DNA from: an uncultured delta proteobacterium
Lineage (GTDB): Bacteria > Desulfobacterota > Binatia > Binatales > Binataceae
Length of the DNA stretch: 64,000 nucleotides
NCBI GenBank assembly: GCA_963842085.1
Contig: CAWJET010000001.1
Location: 960,001-1,024,000, forward strand
Reading direction: 5' to 3'
In this document: positions 10,698-19,874 of the stretch, in pieces
Numbering within the stretch: position 1 is the stretch's first letter
Layout: each line of letters begins with the position of its first letter
The notes under the pieces: generated by a model
Seen by the model: only the letters and a program-made list of their open reading frames with translations
What the model was told of the DNA's origin: nothing
Databases searched by the model: none
Made by a program: the position numbers and the translations under genes

Positions 10698-10845
10698 GTC
10701 ATCCTGACGATGCGAGCGACGCGGGGTTTCCGTCATCCTGACGATGCGAGCGACGCGAGGTTTCCGTCATCTTGACGATGCGAGCAACGCGAGCTGAGGA
10801 AGGATCTCGGACAGCTTCGCGTAAGCGAAGCCGGTTCCGGTTTCT
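10698..10845. repeat. REP-like element: two 34-bp tandem partial units plus one full unit (left arm)
   Basis: GTCATCYTGACGATGCGAGCRACGCG at 10698, 10732 and 10766; the third extends to GAAGGATCTCGGACAGCTTCGC...CCGG. Confidence 0.9.
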
Positions 10846-10923
10846 TAATCGCGCGATGCGCGCGCTCGTTTTAGACTTGCCGGAGACGTTCCGCGGCACT
10901 TTTCTGATCTCGGAGGATCGCGT

Positions 10924-11274
10924 GTGAGAATGATCCGCTTTCTGTGGAAGTCGACCTGAACGACTTGCCGCGACGCAAGAAGTTTCTTGCGTAAGGATCT
11001 CGGCGCCGAGCTCGACGAGCGCGACTACGCGAAAGTTCCGCTTAATTCGGCGGAGCTGAAGAACCTGTTCGCGGGCCGCGACCCGCGCGATTTTCTAAAC
11101 CCGCGCAGCCCCGCGTTCAAGGCGATGGGCCTGGCAGGCAAATCGCTAACGCCCGAGCAGGCGTTGGCGCTGATGGCGAAGGAGCCGAACTTAATCAAGC
11201 GGCCAATCGTAATCGTCGGCAAAGAGATGATCGCAGGCTTCGATCGCGATAGGCTGCGCGCCGCGGTGAAGTAG
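10924..11274 (+). CDS. ArsC/Spx-family selenoprotein (UxxC)
   Basis: GGAGG then GTG 10924 (or ATG 10930): MIRFLWKST-TGA(10957)-TTCRDAR in frame with the ORF 10987-11274 carrying LIKRPI...GFD; TGA sits at the first Cys of the CxxC. Confidence 0.88.
10973..10992 (+). promoter_or_regulatory. Bacterial SECIS-like hairpin
   Basis: ACGCAAGA-AGTT-TCTTGCGT, 8-bp stem; apical loop with GU starts about 22 nt after the UGA. Confidence 0.7.
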
Positions 11275-11279
11275 GTCGC

Positions 11280-11360
11280 AGAACCGGTACCGGCTTCGCT
11301 GGCGCGAAGCTGTCCGAGATCCTTCCTCAACTCGCGTTGCTCGCGTCGTCAGGGACGGAA
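11280..11360. repeat. REP-like element, right arm (inverted copy of 10762-10845)
   Basis: Reverse complement aligns over about 80 bp with few mismatches. Confidence 0.9.
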
Positions 11361-11427
11361 GGGACGCGCTGCGCGTGCAATAGCGCGGGCGCGATGCTAT
11401 TTCCTGAGCCAGGCGAGGTGTTTTTTC

Positions 11428-12846
11428 ATGGCATTCTCTGACGATCTGTTTTTCGCTCCCGCCAACAAACTCGTTGCGATGCTGCGAGCGCGCGACGTGT
11501 CTTCGGTCGAGATGGTCGATGCTTTTATCGAGCGGATCGAGACGGTCAATCACGGCCTCAACGCGGTCGTCACGCTGGTCGAGGACCGCGCGGCGGGCGA
11601 AGCGGAGGACTCTGATCGGCGTCTGGGCGGCAATGGCGAGGTTCGCCCGCTCGAGGGGCTGCCGATCACAATCAAGGATTCGATAATCACCGAGGGCGTG
11701 CGCTCGACCTGGGGCATGAAGATTTTTGAGCATCACGTGGCGAAAGAGGACGCGCCCACTGTCGCGCGGCTGCGCGCGGCCGGCGCGATCGTTATCGGCA
11801 AGACCAACACGCCCGAGATGACGATGGACTACGACTGCGATAATCCCGTTTTCGGGCAGACCAACAATCCGTGGAATCGCGAGCGCGTGCCCGGCGGCTC
11901 AAGCGGCGGCGAGGCGGCGGCGCTCGCAGCGGGGATGTCGCCGCTGGGCTTGGGCTCGGACTATCGCGGATCGATCCGGGTGCCGGCGCATTTCTGCGGT
12001 GTGGTCGGGCTCAAGCCGAGCTGGGGAACGATCCCCTGCAGCGGGCATATGGCGCCGAGCGTTGCCGCGCCGCCGCCGCTCGCGCACATGGCGACGATCG
12101 GCCCGATGGCGCGCTACGTGGACGACCTGACGCTCGCCTACAACATCGTTAAAGGGCCGCATCCAAGCGCGCCGTACACGGTGCCATCACCAGACGTCCA
12201 TCCTGAAAAAATCGATCTGAAGAAAGTTCGATGCGCGATCTTTACCGACGCGTGCGACGTTCCGGTCACGTCCGACACGCGCGCCGCGATCGAGCGCGCC
12301 GGGCGCGAGTTGCAGAAGACGGGAATCGTCGTCGAGGTGGTGAAGCCGCCAGTCGACGAGGGCGAGCGGTTGTGGTGGGCGTACCAGGGCGCGGACGGCA
12401 ATCAACTTGTGCTGGAGGCGCTGGGCGAGAGCCTGAAGCTCTCGCGCGAGCGGCTGCGAAATTTCGTGGTTGCGGGCGAGGGAAAGTCGGCGGCCGAGTT
12501 CTTCAAGATCGCGATGGAACGCGACGCCTGGCGCGTGCAACTGGCGGAGTTCATGGAACGCTACCCGATAATTCTCGGACCGACGTTCTGCGTGACCGCG
12601 TTCAAGCACGGCGCCGCCGAGGTCGAAATCGACGGGAAGAAATATCCGTACATCCTTGCGAGCTGGCCGGTAGCGTGGGGCAATTGCGCAGGGCTGCCGG
12701 GCGCGGTCGTGCCGTGCGGAAGAGATCGCGAAGGGCTGCCGATCGGACTGCAGATCGTTGGGCGCGCGTTTGGCGAGGAGACCGTGCTGGCAGTCGCGAA
12801 GGCGGCGGAAGCGGCGCTGGGCGGCTATCAGAAACCGCCGCTGTGA
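11428..12846 (+). CDS. Amidase signature family protein
   Basis: PITIKD, GKTNTPE, GGSSGGEAAA, GSDYRGSIRVPA. Confidence 0.95.
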   Translation: MAFSDDLFFAPANKLVAMLRARDVSSVEMVDAFIERIETVNHGLNAVVTLVEDRAAGEAEDSDRRLGGNGEVRPLEGLPITIKDSIITEGVRSTWGMKIFEHHVAKEDAPTVARLRAAGAIVIGKTNTPEMTMDYDCDNPVFGQTNNPWNRERVPGGSSGGEAAALAAGMSPLGLGSDYRGSIRVPAHFCGVVGLKPSWGTIPCSGHMAPSVAAPPPLAHMATIGPMARYVDDLTLAYNIVKGPHPSAPYTVPSPDVHPEKIDLKKVRCAIFTDACDVPVTSDTRAAIERAGRELQKTGIVVEVVKPPVDEGERLWWAYQGADGNQLVLEALGESLKLSRERLRNFVVAGEGKSAAEFFKIAMERDAWRVQLAEFMERYPIILGPTFCVTAFKHGAAEVEIDGKKYPYILASWPVAWGNCAGLPGAVVPCGRDREGLPIGLQIVGRAFGEETVLAVAKAAEAALGGYQKPPL

Positions 12847-12880
12847 GCGGGGCGCGGCAAAGCGAACAACCAAAGTAAAT

Positions 12881-12923
12881 GTGAAACCCGCCGTGGGTTT
12901 CAGCAGGGATGACTGCTGCATCC
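12881..12923. repeat. Composite repeat, motif A plus degenerate motif B
   Basis: GTGAAACCCGCCGTGGGTTTCA followed by GCAGGGATGACTGCTGCATCC. Confidence 0.6.
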
Positions 12924-12934
12924 GATGGCTAGAC

Positions 12935-12970
12935 AAAAAACGGCCGAGTCATAATGACCCGGCCGTTTGT
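12935..12970. terminator. Bidirectional terminator between the amidase and LysR genes
   Basis: AAAAAACGGCCG...CGGCCGTTT. Confidence 0.7.
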
Positions 12971-12989
12971 CGTCATTGAATCTGTCGGG

Positions 12990-13985
12990 CTACGCCGTCT
13001 TCTCGGCCTTCTCGCTGCTGGCTTCGTTGTTGCGTTCGGCGCGCTCGCCGCGTGGCGGACGCTCGGTCTTGTCGCCGCCCTTGTCGCCACGGGCGCGGGG
13101 CACGATATTGCTGGTGGTCAGCACCTCGATGAACTTGCGCACCGCAGGCGAAAGCTCGCGGCCGCGCTTGTAGATGATGGCTAGCGGGCGGAGAAACGTG
13201 CCTTCCTGGAACTCGAGCATCCGCAGCGTGCCGCGGGTAATCTCATTCTCGACAGTCATGCGCGGCACGATCGCGCATCCAAGGCCAATCTCGACAGCGC
13301 GCTTGATGGTCTCGATGTTGTCGAATTCGAGCACGTAGGTCGGCTTGACGCCGTGTTCGCGCAGGATGCGATCGGAGGCCTTGCGCGTGGGGATGTCGCG
13401 TTCGTAGCCGACGAACTTCTGACCCTGCAACTGCCCGACGTTTACCTTCGTGTGCTTGGCCAGCGGATTGTCGGGCGGCACGGCGAGCACGAGTTCGTCG
13501 TGGCGGAACGGCACCGACACGATCTGGCTGCGCTTGGCGGGATAGGCGACGACGCCGAGATCGACCTTGCCCTCGATCAGGTCTTCGTAAATTTTGTTGG
13601 AGCGCAGATACTCGAGATGCACGTTGACGGCCGGGTAGTTGCGCAGGAATTCGGTCAGATACGGCGGCAACTCGTGCAGGCCGACGCTGTAAACGGTGCC
13701 GACACGAATCGAGCCCGCGACCACCGAGCCGATCTCGCGCAGCCGATTTTCCAATTCCAGGAAACGGCGCACGATTTCCTTGCTGGCGGCGTACAGAATC
13801 TGTCCGGCCGGCGTCGGTTTGACTCCGGCTCGTCCGCGTTCTATCAATCGGCAGTCGTACTTCTCTTCCAGACTTCGGACCTGCTGGCTGACCGCCGATT
13901 GAGTGACGAAGTTTTGCGACGCGGCATAAGAAAAGCTTCCGCTCTCGATTATGTCGCAGAAGACCTTTAGCGTTTCGATGTGCAT
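12990..13985 (-). CDS. LysR-family transcriptional regulator
   Basis: GSFSYAA..VTQSAVSQQVRSLE HTH; LysR substrate domain. Confidence 0.96.
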   Translation of the reverse strand: MHIETLKVFCDIIESGSFSYAASQNFVTQSAVSQQVRSLEEKYDCRLIERGRAGVKPTPAGQILYAASKEIVRRFLELENRLREIGSVVAGSIRVGTVYSVGLHELPPYLTEFLRNYPAVNVHLEYLRSNKIYEDLIEGKVDLGVVAYPAKRSQIVSVPFRHDELVLAVPPDNPLAKHTKVNVGQLQGQKFVGYERDIPTRKASDRILREHGVKPTYVLEFDNIETIKRAVEIGLGCAIVPRMTVENEITRGTLRMLEFQEGTFLRPLAIIYKRGRELSPAVRKFIEVLTTSNIVPRARGDKGGDKTERPPRGERAERNNEASSEKAEKTA

Positions 13986-14224
13986 ATTGCTGGGTTGATG
14001 TATAAGGCTACGTGATACTTAAATCCGAGGCAACTAGTAGCCGTGATAAGAGAATCTTCGGCCCCGAAACAGCCTGCGGAACGAACGGGCGCGGGTCAAG
14101 AGCGGGCGATGCCTGCAGGCGGGATTTCAGTCGGCCGAAAAGCCCTGCGACACGGCCGGACTATCGCGGCTGGCGGCCGGAAAAATAGAATAAAGCACCC
14201 TTCAAGAATCGGACGGAGCGCAAG

Positions 14225-15394
<1,170 letters not shown>

Positions 15395-15460
15395 GCGCAC
15401 GATGCGTTTACCGCGGTCGCGCGCGGTCGTGCTAGATCTTCAGCGCAGGGAGAAACGACA

Positions 15461-15823
15461 ATGATCAAAGCCAAGGCGTTCAATCATGCGGCGTTTCGGG
15501 TCAGCGATGTCGAGAAGGCAACTGCGTTTTACGAAAATGTGGTCGGGCTGAAGCGGATCCCGCGGCCGAACTTCGGCTTCGGCGGCGCGTGGTACGGGAT
15601 CGGCAACAACGCGCTGCATATCATCTCGAGCGAGAACCGCGGCCAAAAGCCCGATCCGCTCGGCGCGCACGTCGCATTCGATGTCGAAGACTTCGAAGAG
15701 ACCAAGCGCACGCTCAAGGAAATGGGAATCCAGTTTCTAGAGGGTCCGAACATGGGCGCCGGCCGTCAATTGTGGATCCTCGATCCCGACGGCAACACGG
15801 TCGAGCTGCGGACCGAGAAGTAA
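15461..15823 (+). CDS. VOC/glyoxalase family protein
   Basis: HAAFRVSD, FYENVVGL, HVAF, DPDGNTVEL. Confidence 0.93.
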   Translation: MIKAKAFNHAAFRVSDVEKATAFYENVVGLKRIPRPNFGFGGAWYGIGNNALHIISSENRGQKPDPLGAHVAFDVEDFEETKRTLKEMGIQFLEGPNMGAGRQLWILDPDGNTVELRTEK

Positions 15824-15857
15824 GCGCTCTCTCCAAGACTGCGAGGAAGATCAAACC

Positions 15858-16820
15858 ATGAGCTTGCTTCGCTTCGGCCCCGACTATCCAGCGGAGACCT
15901 ATGTCAGTCACGCCTTTACCGAGCAAACGATCGACACCGGCGAGACTGTCGTCAACTACGCGGTGGCAGGGGCGCCTGACAAGCCTGCGCTGTTGCTGAT
16001 TCCGGGACAGACAGAATCGTGGTGGGGCTATGAGCAGGCGATGGGCCTGCTGCAGGAGCATTTCCAGGCTTTCGCCGTCGACCTGCGCGGGCAGGGAAGA
16101 TCGAGCAGGACGCCGGGGCGCTACACCGTCGATAACTTCGGCAATGACCTAGTGCGCTTCATCGCGTTGGCCGTCGGGCGGCCCGTGATCGTCAGCGGGC
16201 TCTCGTCGGGAGGCGTGATCTCGGCGTGGCTATCCGCGTACGCAATGCCCGGCACGGTCCGCGGCGCGGTCTACGAAGACCCGCCGCTATTCTCCTCGGA
16301 GGTCAACACCTCGTGCGGTCCGCCTCTGCCTCAGACCATCGGGCCAATCTTCAAGTTGATGAGCAAGTACCTCGGCGACCAGTGGAGCGTTGGCAACTGG
16401 GACGGAATGCTCGAAGCCGCGAAAACGGAACTTCCCGGCTGGTTGTCGAACGCGATCGTCCCGATGATGTTCAGCGGCGACGGCCAGGTCTCGCAGCGGA
16501 TGAAGGAATACGATCCTGAGTGGGCGCGTGCGTTCTGGGAGGGCTCGGTATTCGCGAGCTGCGATCACTCGCGGATGCTCGCCGACGTCAAGTGCCCAGT
16601 CTTATATACACACCACTTCCGTCACGTCGATGACAATGATGGTCACTTGATGGGGGCCGCGTCGGACTTGCAGGCAAAGCGTGTATGCGAGCTGGTCTCT
16701 CAGGCCGGCCAGCCGATCGACTACCGGTCATTCCCGCAGATGCCGCATTCGATGCACGGTGAAGCGCCAGAGCAGTTTGTCGAAATGCTCGTCGAGTTCG
16801 CGGCGAAACTCAAGGCATAG
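15858..16820 (+). CDS. Alpha/beta hydrolase, ZenA (zearalenone lactonase)-like
   Basis: QTESWWGYE, VDLRGQGRS, DNFGNDLVRFIAL, GLSSGG nucleophile, LGDQWSVG, KEYDPEW, HSMH. Confidence 0.85.
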   Translation: MSLLRFGPDYPAETYVSHAFTEQTIDTGETVVNYAVAGAPDKPALLLIPGQTESWWGYEQAMGLLQEHFQAFAVDLRGQGRSSRTPGRYTVDNFGNDLVRFIALAVGRPVIVSGLSSGGVISAWLSAYAMPGTVRGAVYEDPPLFSSEVNTSCGPPLPQTIGPIFKLMSKYLGDQWSVGNWDGMLEAAKTELPGWLSNAIVPMMFSGDGQVSQRMKEYDPEWARAFWEGSVFASCDHSRMLADVKCPVLYTHHFRHVDDNDGHLMGAASDLQAKRVCELVSQAGQPIDYRSFPQMPHSMHGEAPEQFVEMLVEFAAKLKA

Positions 16821-16872
16821 CGCCTCCCGCCGACGGTTCAACCCGGGCTTGCGTGTCGACCGCGAGTGTTTG

Positions 16873-17118
16873 TCAGTCCAGGCAGTGGACCGGATCGCCG
16901 CGGCGAACGGCGCCGGGTTTCACGACGTCGGCGTAGACGCCTGCGCATGGAAGCGTTCCGAAATCGCCGGCCACTCGCATGTTGTGCTGTGCAATCGTGG
17001 GCAGGATCCTGGGGTTCTCCGCGTTGCACTTCGGGCAATGCTTTGCGAGCGCATTCCCGCACTTCGCGCAGAAGTTGTTGGTCGAAGGATTATTCGTCCC
17101 GCACTTTGAGCAGCGCAT
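16873..17118 (-). pseudogene. Chimeric remnant: double zinc ribbon fused to a MOSC-type C-terminus
   Basis: MRCSKCG..FCAKCG..CPKCNAENP joined to ILPTIAQHN..CAGVYADVVKPGAVRRGD. Confidence 0.7.
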
Positions 17119-17127
17119 CCGTTAAAC

Positions 17128-18558
17128 TCAGATACCCGCCAGCTTGCGCGCATAGGCGGCCACCGTCTTGAAGTCGTACTCGCGGTAGGCTTGCAGCTTC
17201 TCGGCTTCGAAGCCGCCTTCGGCGTGCACCGCGAGCACTTCCTGGTATCCCCCGAAATCCGACGACGTCAGGTCGCCGATCAGGTTCAGCAGCCGCAGGC
17301 GCTTCTCCGCATCGAAGCCCTTCGCGCCGCCCATGTATTTGAGCACGTACGCGCGCGTCGCCTCGCTCGTGAGATCTTCGGCCCCCGGCCCGGTAACCAG
17401 CAAGCCGCCGGCAAGGTCCTGCACGATCTGCACGGCCTGGTGGTAGTTGTGCGCGAAGTGAAACTTGGCGACGTTGGTGAGCAGCGTGTTCGGTACCGCG
17501 ACGCCGTCCTCGAACGTGCAGGTGCGCGCGGCGTGCTCGATCAGGCCGCGGACGGTCGTGTGATAGGCCGCAAGATGCGTGAGCTTGTCGCGCACGTGGC
17601 CCGCGCGCGAGATTCCGTTGGCCTCCGCGATCGCATGGCCGGCGCCCGCCATCAGTTCGAGCAGCGGCAGTTTGTACGACACCGCGGTGAAGCGATGGAA
17701 TCGCACGAAGGTCAGCGCGAGCAGTCCGGCGAAATCGATCTCGCCTTGCAGGAACACGCGCTCCTTGGGCACGAACACGTCGTCGAACACCGTCAGCGTC
17801 TCCATCATCTTGTGCCGCGCGCTGATCGGATGCTCGAAATCATTTTTGTGCGCGCTGCCGTGCGGCGAGGCGAGCAGCTTCAGCCCCGGCGTGTTGACCG
17901 GCAACGCGAACGCAACGGCGTAGGCCTTGTCTTCGGCGCGCATCGCGCGCGTCGGCAGGACTATAACCTCATTAGTATTGGTCGAGACGCTGGTGTGGAC
18001 CTTGGCGCCGCGCACGACGATGCCGTCGGGGCGCTCCTCGACGATTCGCACGTAGTAGTCCGGATGATCCTGCTGCGTAGGGCCGAGCGCGCGATCGCCC
18101 TTGACGTCGGTTTGCGCGACGGCGACGGCGAGATCGTTGTCGCGACAGTAGCGGTAGTACTTGCGGATGCGCTCGCGGTACTCGGGCTTGCCGGCGGCCG
18201 CCAGCCGCTCGCCGATAATGTGCAGCGCGAACAACGCGTCGGTGCCGATTTCCTTGATCAGCACCACCAGCGTCGCGCCCTCGCGCGTCGCGGCCGCGAT
18301 CAGCGCGCTGCGCCTCAGCAGGTCCTCCCCATTTTGCGGAATATGGTAGTAGCGGCTGTACTCGTCAGCGCCCTCTTTCACGACCGCTAGTTCGCGATAC
18401 TTCGGATCGTGCGCCATCCGGTAGTCGAGCGCCGCATGCTCGACCGCGATTCCGATAACAGGATGCGCGGTGACGTCCGCCACCCTTTCACCGCGAAAAA
18501 ATACCGCGCGTTCATCGCGCAGCGAGCTTTTGTACTGTTCCGCCGTCCGTAGTCCCAT
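17128..18558 (-). CDS. 4-hydroxyphenylacetate 3-hydroxylase (HpaB)/AbfD superfamily flavoprotein
   Basis: AQTDVKGDR, GIVVRGAKVH, VFDDVFVPKERVFL, QDLAGG. Confidence 0.9.
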   Translation of the reverse strand: MGLRTAEQYKSSLRDERAVFFRGERVADVTAHPVIGIAVEHAALDYRMAHDPKYRELAVVKEGADEYSRYYHIPQNGEDLLRRSALIAAATREGATLVVLIKEIGTDALFALHIIGERLAAAGKPEYRERIRKYYRYCRDNDLAVAVAQTDVKGDRALGPTQQDHPDYYVRIVEERPDGIVVRGAKVHTSVSTNTNEVIVLPTRAMRAEDKAYAVAFALPVNTPGLKLLASPHGSAHKNDFEHPISARHKMMETLTVFDDVFVPKERVFLQGEIDFAGLLALTFVRFHRFTAVSYKLPLLELMAGAGHAIAEANGISRAGHVRDKLTHLAAYHTTVRGLIEHAARTCTFEDGVAVPNTLLTNVAKFHFAHNYHQAVQIVQDLAGGLLVTGPGAEDLTSEATRAYVLKYMGGAKGFDAEKRLRLLNLIGDLTSSDFGGYQEVLAVHAEGGFEAEKLQAYREYDFKTVAAYARKLAGI

Positions 18559-18686
18559 CGTCGTGATTTCCCCTGGTCGGAGATTGGTGCAATCGCACGC
18601 GCGGCTTGTCGGTTGCGGCAGGTGCGAAACGCCAATATAGAAGCGCTGAGCATTCGCTGTCCAACTGCGGGTTTAGGAGAAGTGCA

Positions 18687-19451
18687 ATGGCGAGTCCAAA
18701 GATGTTCGATTTGAGCGGAGAGGTGGCCGTGGTCACCGGCGGCAACGGCGGGATCGGGCGCGGGATCGCGCTTGGATTTGCCGAAGCCGGCGCGTCGGTC
18801 GCGATTCTCGCGCGCAACGAGAAGAAGAATCGCGCCGTGGTGGACGAGCTCATGAAGGCAGGCGCAGCGGCGATAGCGATACCGCTCGACGTGACGCGCC
18901 GCGACGACCTGGGTCCGGCGATGGAGCAAGTCGAGCGCAAGCTGGGGCCCATCTCGATTCTCGTCAACAACGCTGGAATCGCGATCATGGGAGGCGCGTT
19001 GGATTTCAGGGCCACGGACTGGGATCGGGTGATCGAAACGAACCTGAGCTCGTGCTTTTTCCTTTCGCAGATCGCGGCGCGCTCGATGGTTGCGCGCAAG
19101 CACGGCAAGATAATTAATATCGCGAGCGAGTATTCCTCGTTCGGCGCGCAGAACCTGATACCCTACCCCGCGGCGAAGGGCGCGCTGGTGCAGGTGACCA
19201 GGACGATGGCGATCGAACTGGCGCCGCACAACGTCCAGGTCAACGCGATCGTGCCGGGGTGGATCGAAACCGACATGACGGTGGTTGCGCAGAGCGGACC
19301 GATGTTCCGGGAAATAATCATGCGCACCCCGGCCGGCCGCTTCGGCAAGCCCGAGGAGGTGGCGGGTGCGGCGGTGTTTTTGACATCGCACGCGTCGGAC
19401 TTCGTAACGGGATCGATCGTATACGTGGACGGCGGCTACGCGATCAGGTGA
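18687..19451 (+). CDS. SDR oxidoreductase (KduD/gluconate 5-dehydrogenase-like)
   Basis: TGGNGGIG, NNAG, YPAAK, VNAIVPG. Confidence 0.93.
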   Translation: MASPKMFDLSGEVAVVTGGNGGIGRGIALGFAEAGASVAILARNEKKNRAVVDELMKAGAAAIAIPLDVTRRDDLGPAMEQVERKLGPISILVNNAGIAIMGGALDFRATDWDRVIETNLSSCFFLSQIAARSMVARKHGKIINIASEYSSFGAQNLIPYPAAKGALVQVTRTMAIELAPHNVQVNAIVPGWIETDMTVVAQSGPMFREIIMRTPAGRFGKPEEVAGAAVFLTSHASDFVTGSIVYVDGGYAIR

Positions 19452-19457
19452 GAAGCA

Positions 19458-19841
19458 GTGAAAAAATGCTTAGCGACGAAATTCTACGAACTTCACGGCG
19501 TGCGCATTCTCGAATGTGCGCCGGATAGGGAGAAGCTGCGGACCTATCGCGATGCGGTCGACCTCGTCGGCAAGGCATTTGAGAATCGCGCCACGCTGAT
19601 CGTGATTCCGGTTGAGTGCCTCGACGATGATTTCTTCCGGCTGAGGACGCGCATCGCCGGCGAGTTGATCCAGAAGTTCGTGCAATATCGGCGGCGCCTG
19701 GCGATCGTCGGCGATATCTCGCGGCATCTGGCCGAAAGCTCCGCGTTGCGCGCCTTGGTGAACGAGTCGAATCGCGGGAAAGAAGTGTGGTTCGCGGCAA
19801 GCCTCGCGGAACTCAACGATCGGCTCGAGCAGGCGGTTTAA
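19458..19841 (+). CDS. DUF4180 family protein
   Basis: FFRLRTRIAGELIQKFVQYR..LAIVGD..S.ALRALVNESNRG. Confidence 0.85.
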   Translation: MKKCLATKFYELHGVRILECAPDREKLRTYRDAVDLVGKAFENRATLIVIPVECLDDDFFRLRTRIAGELIQKFVQYRRRLAIVGDISRHLAESSALRALVNESNRGKEVWFAASLAELNDRLEQAV

Positions 19842-19874
19842 CGCTGGCCGCGCGGCGGCGTAAGATGCCGCATC

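Noticed and set aside
10698-10800. Three tandem 34-bp-period repeats as a CRISPR array
   Set aside because: Units are contiguous with no unique spacers and no cas genes are present; they are partial REP duplications.
17128-18558. 4-hydroxybutyryl-CoA dehydratase call
   Set aside because: The [4Fe-4S] cysteine ligands are not visible.
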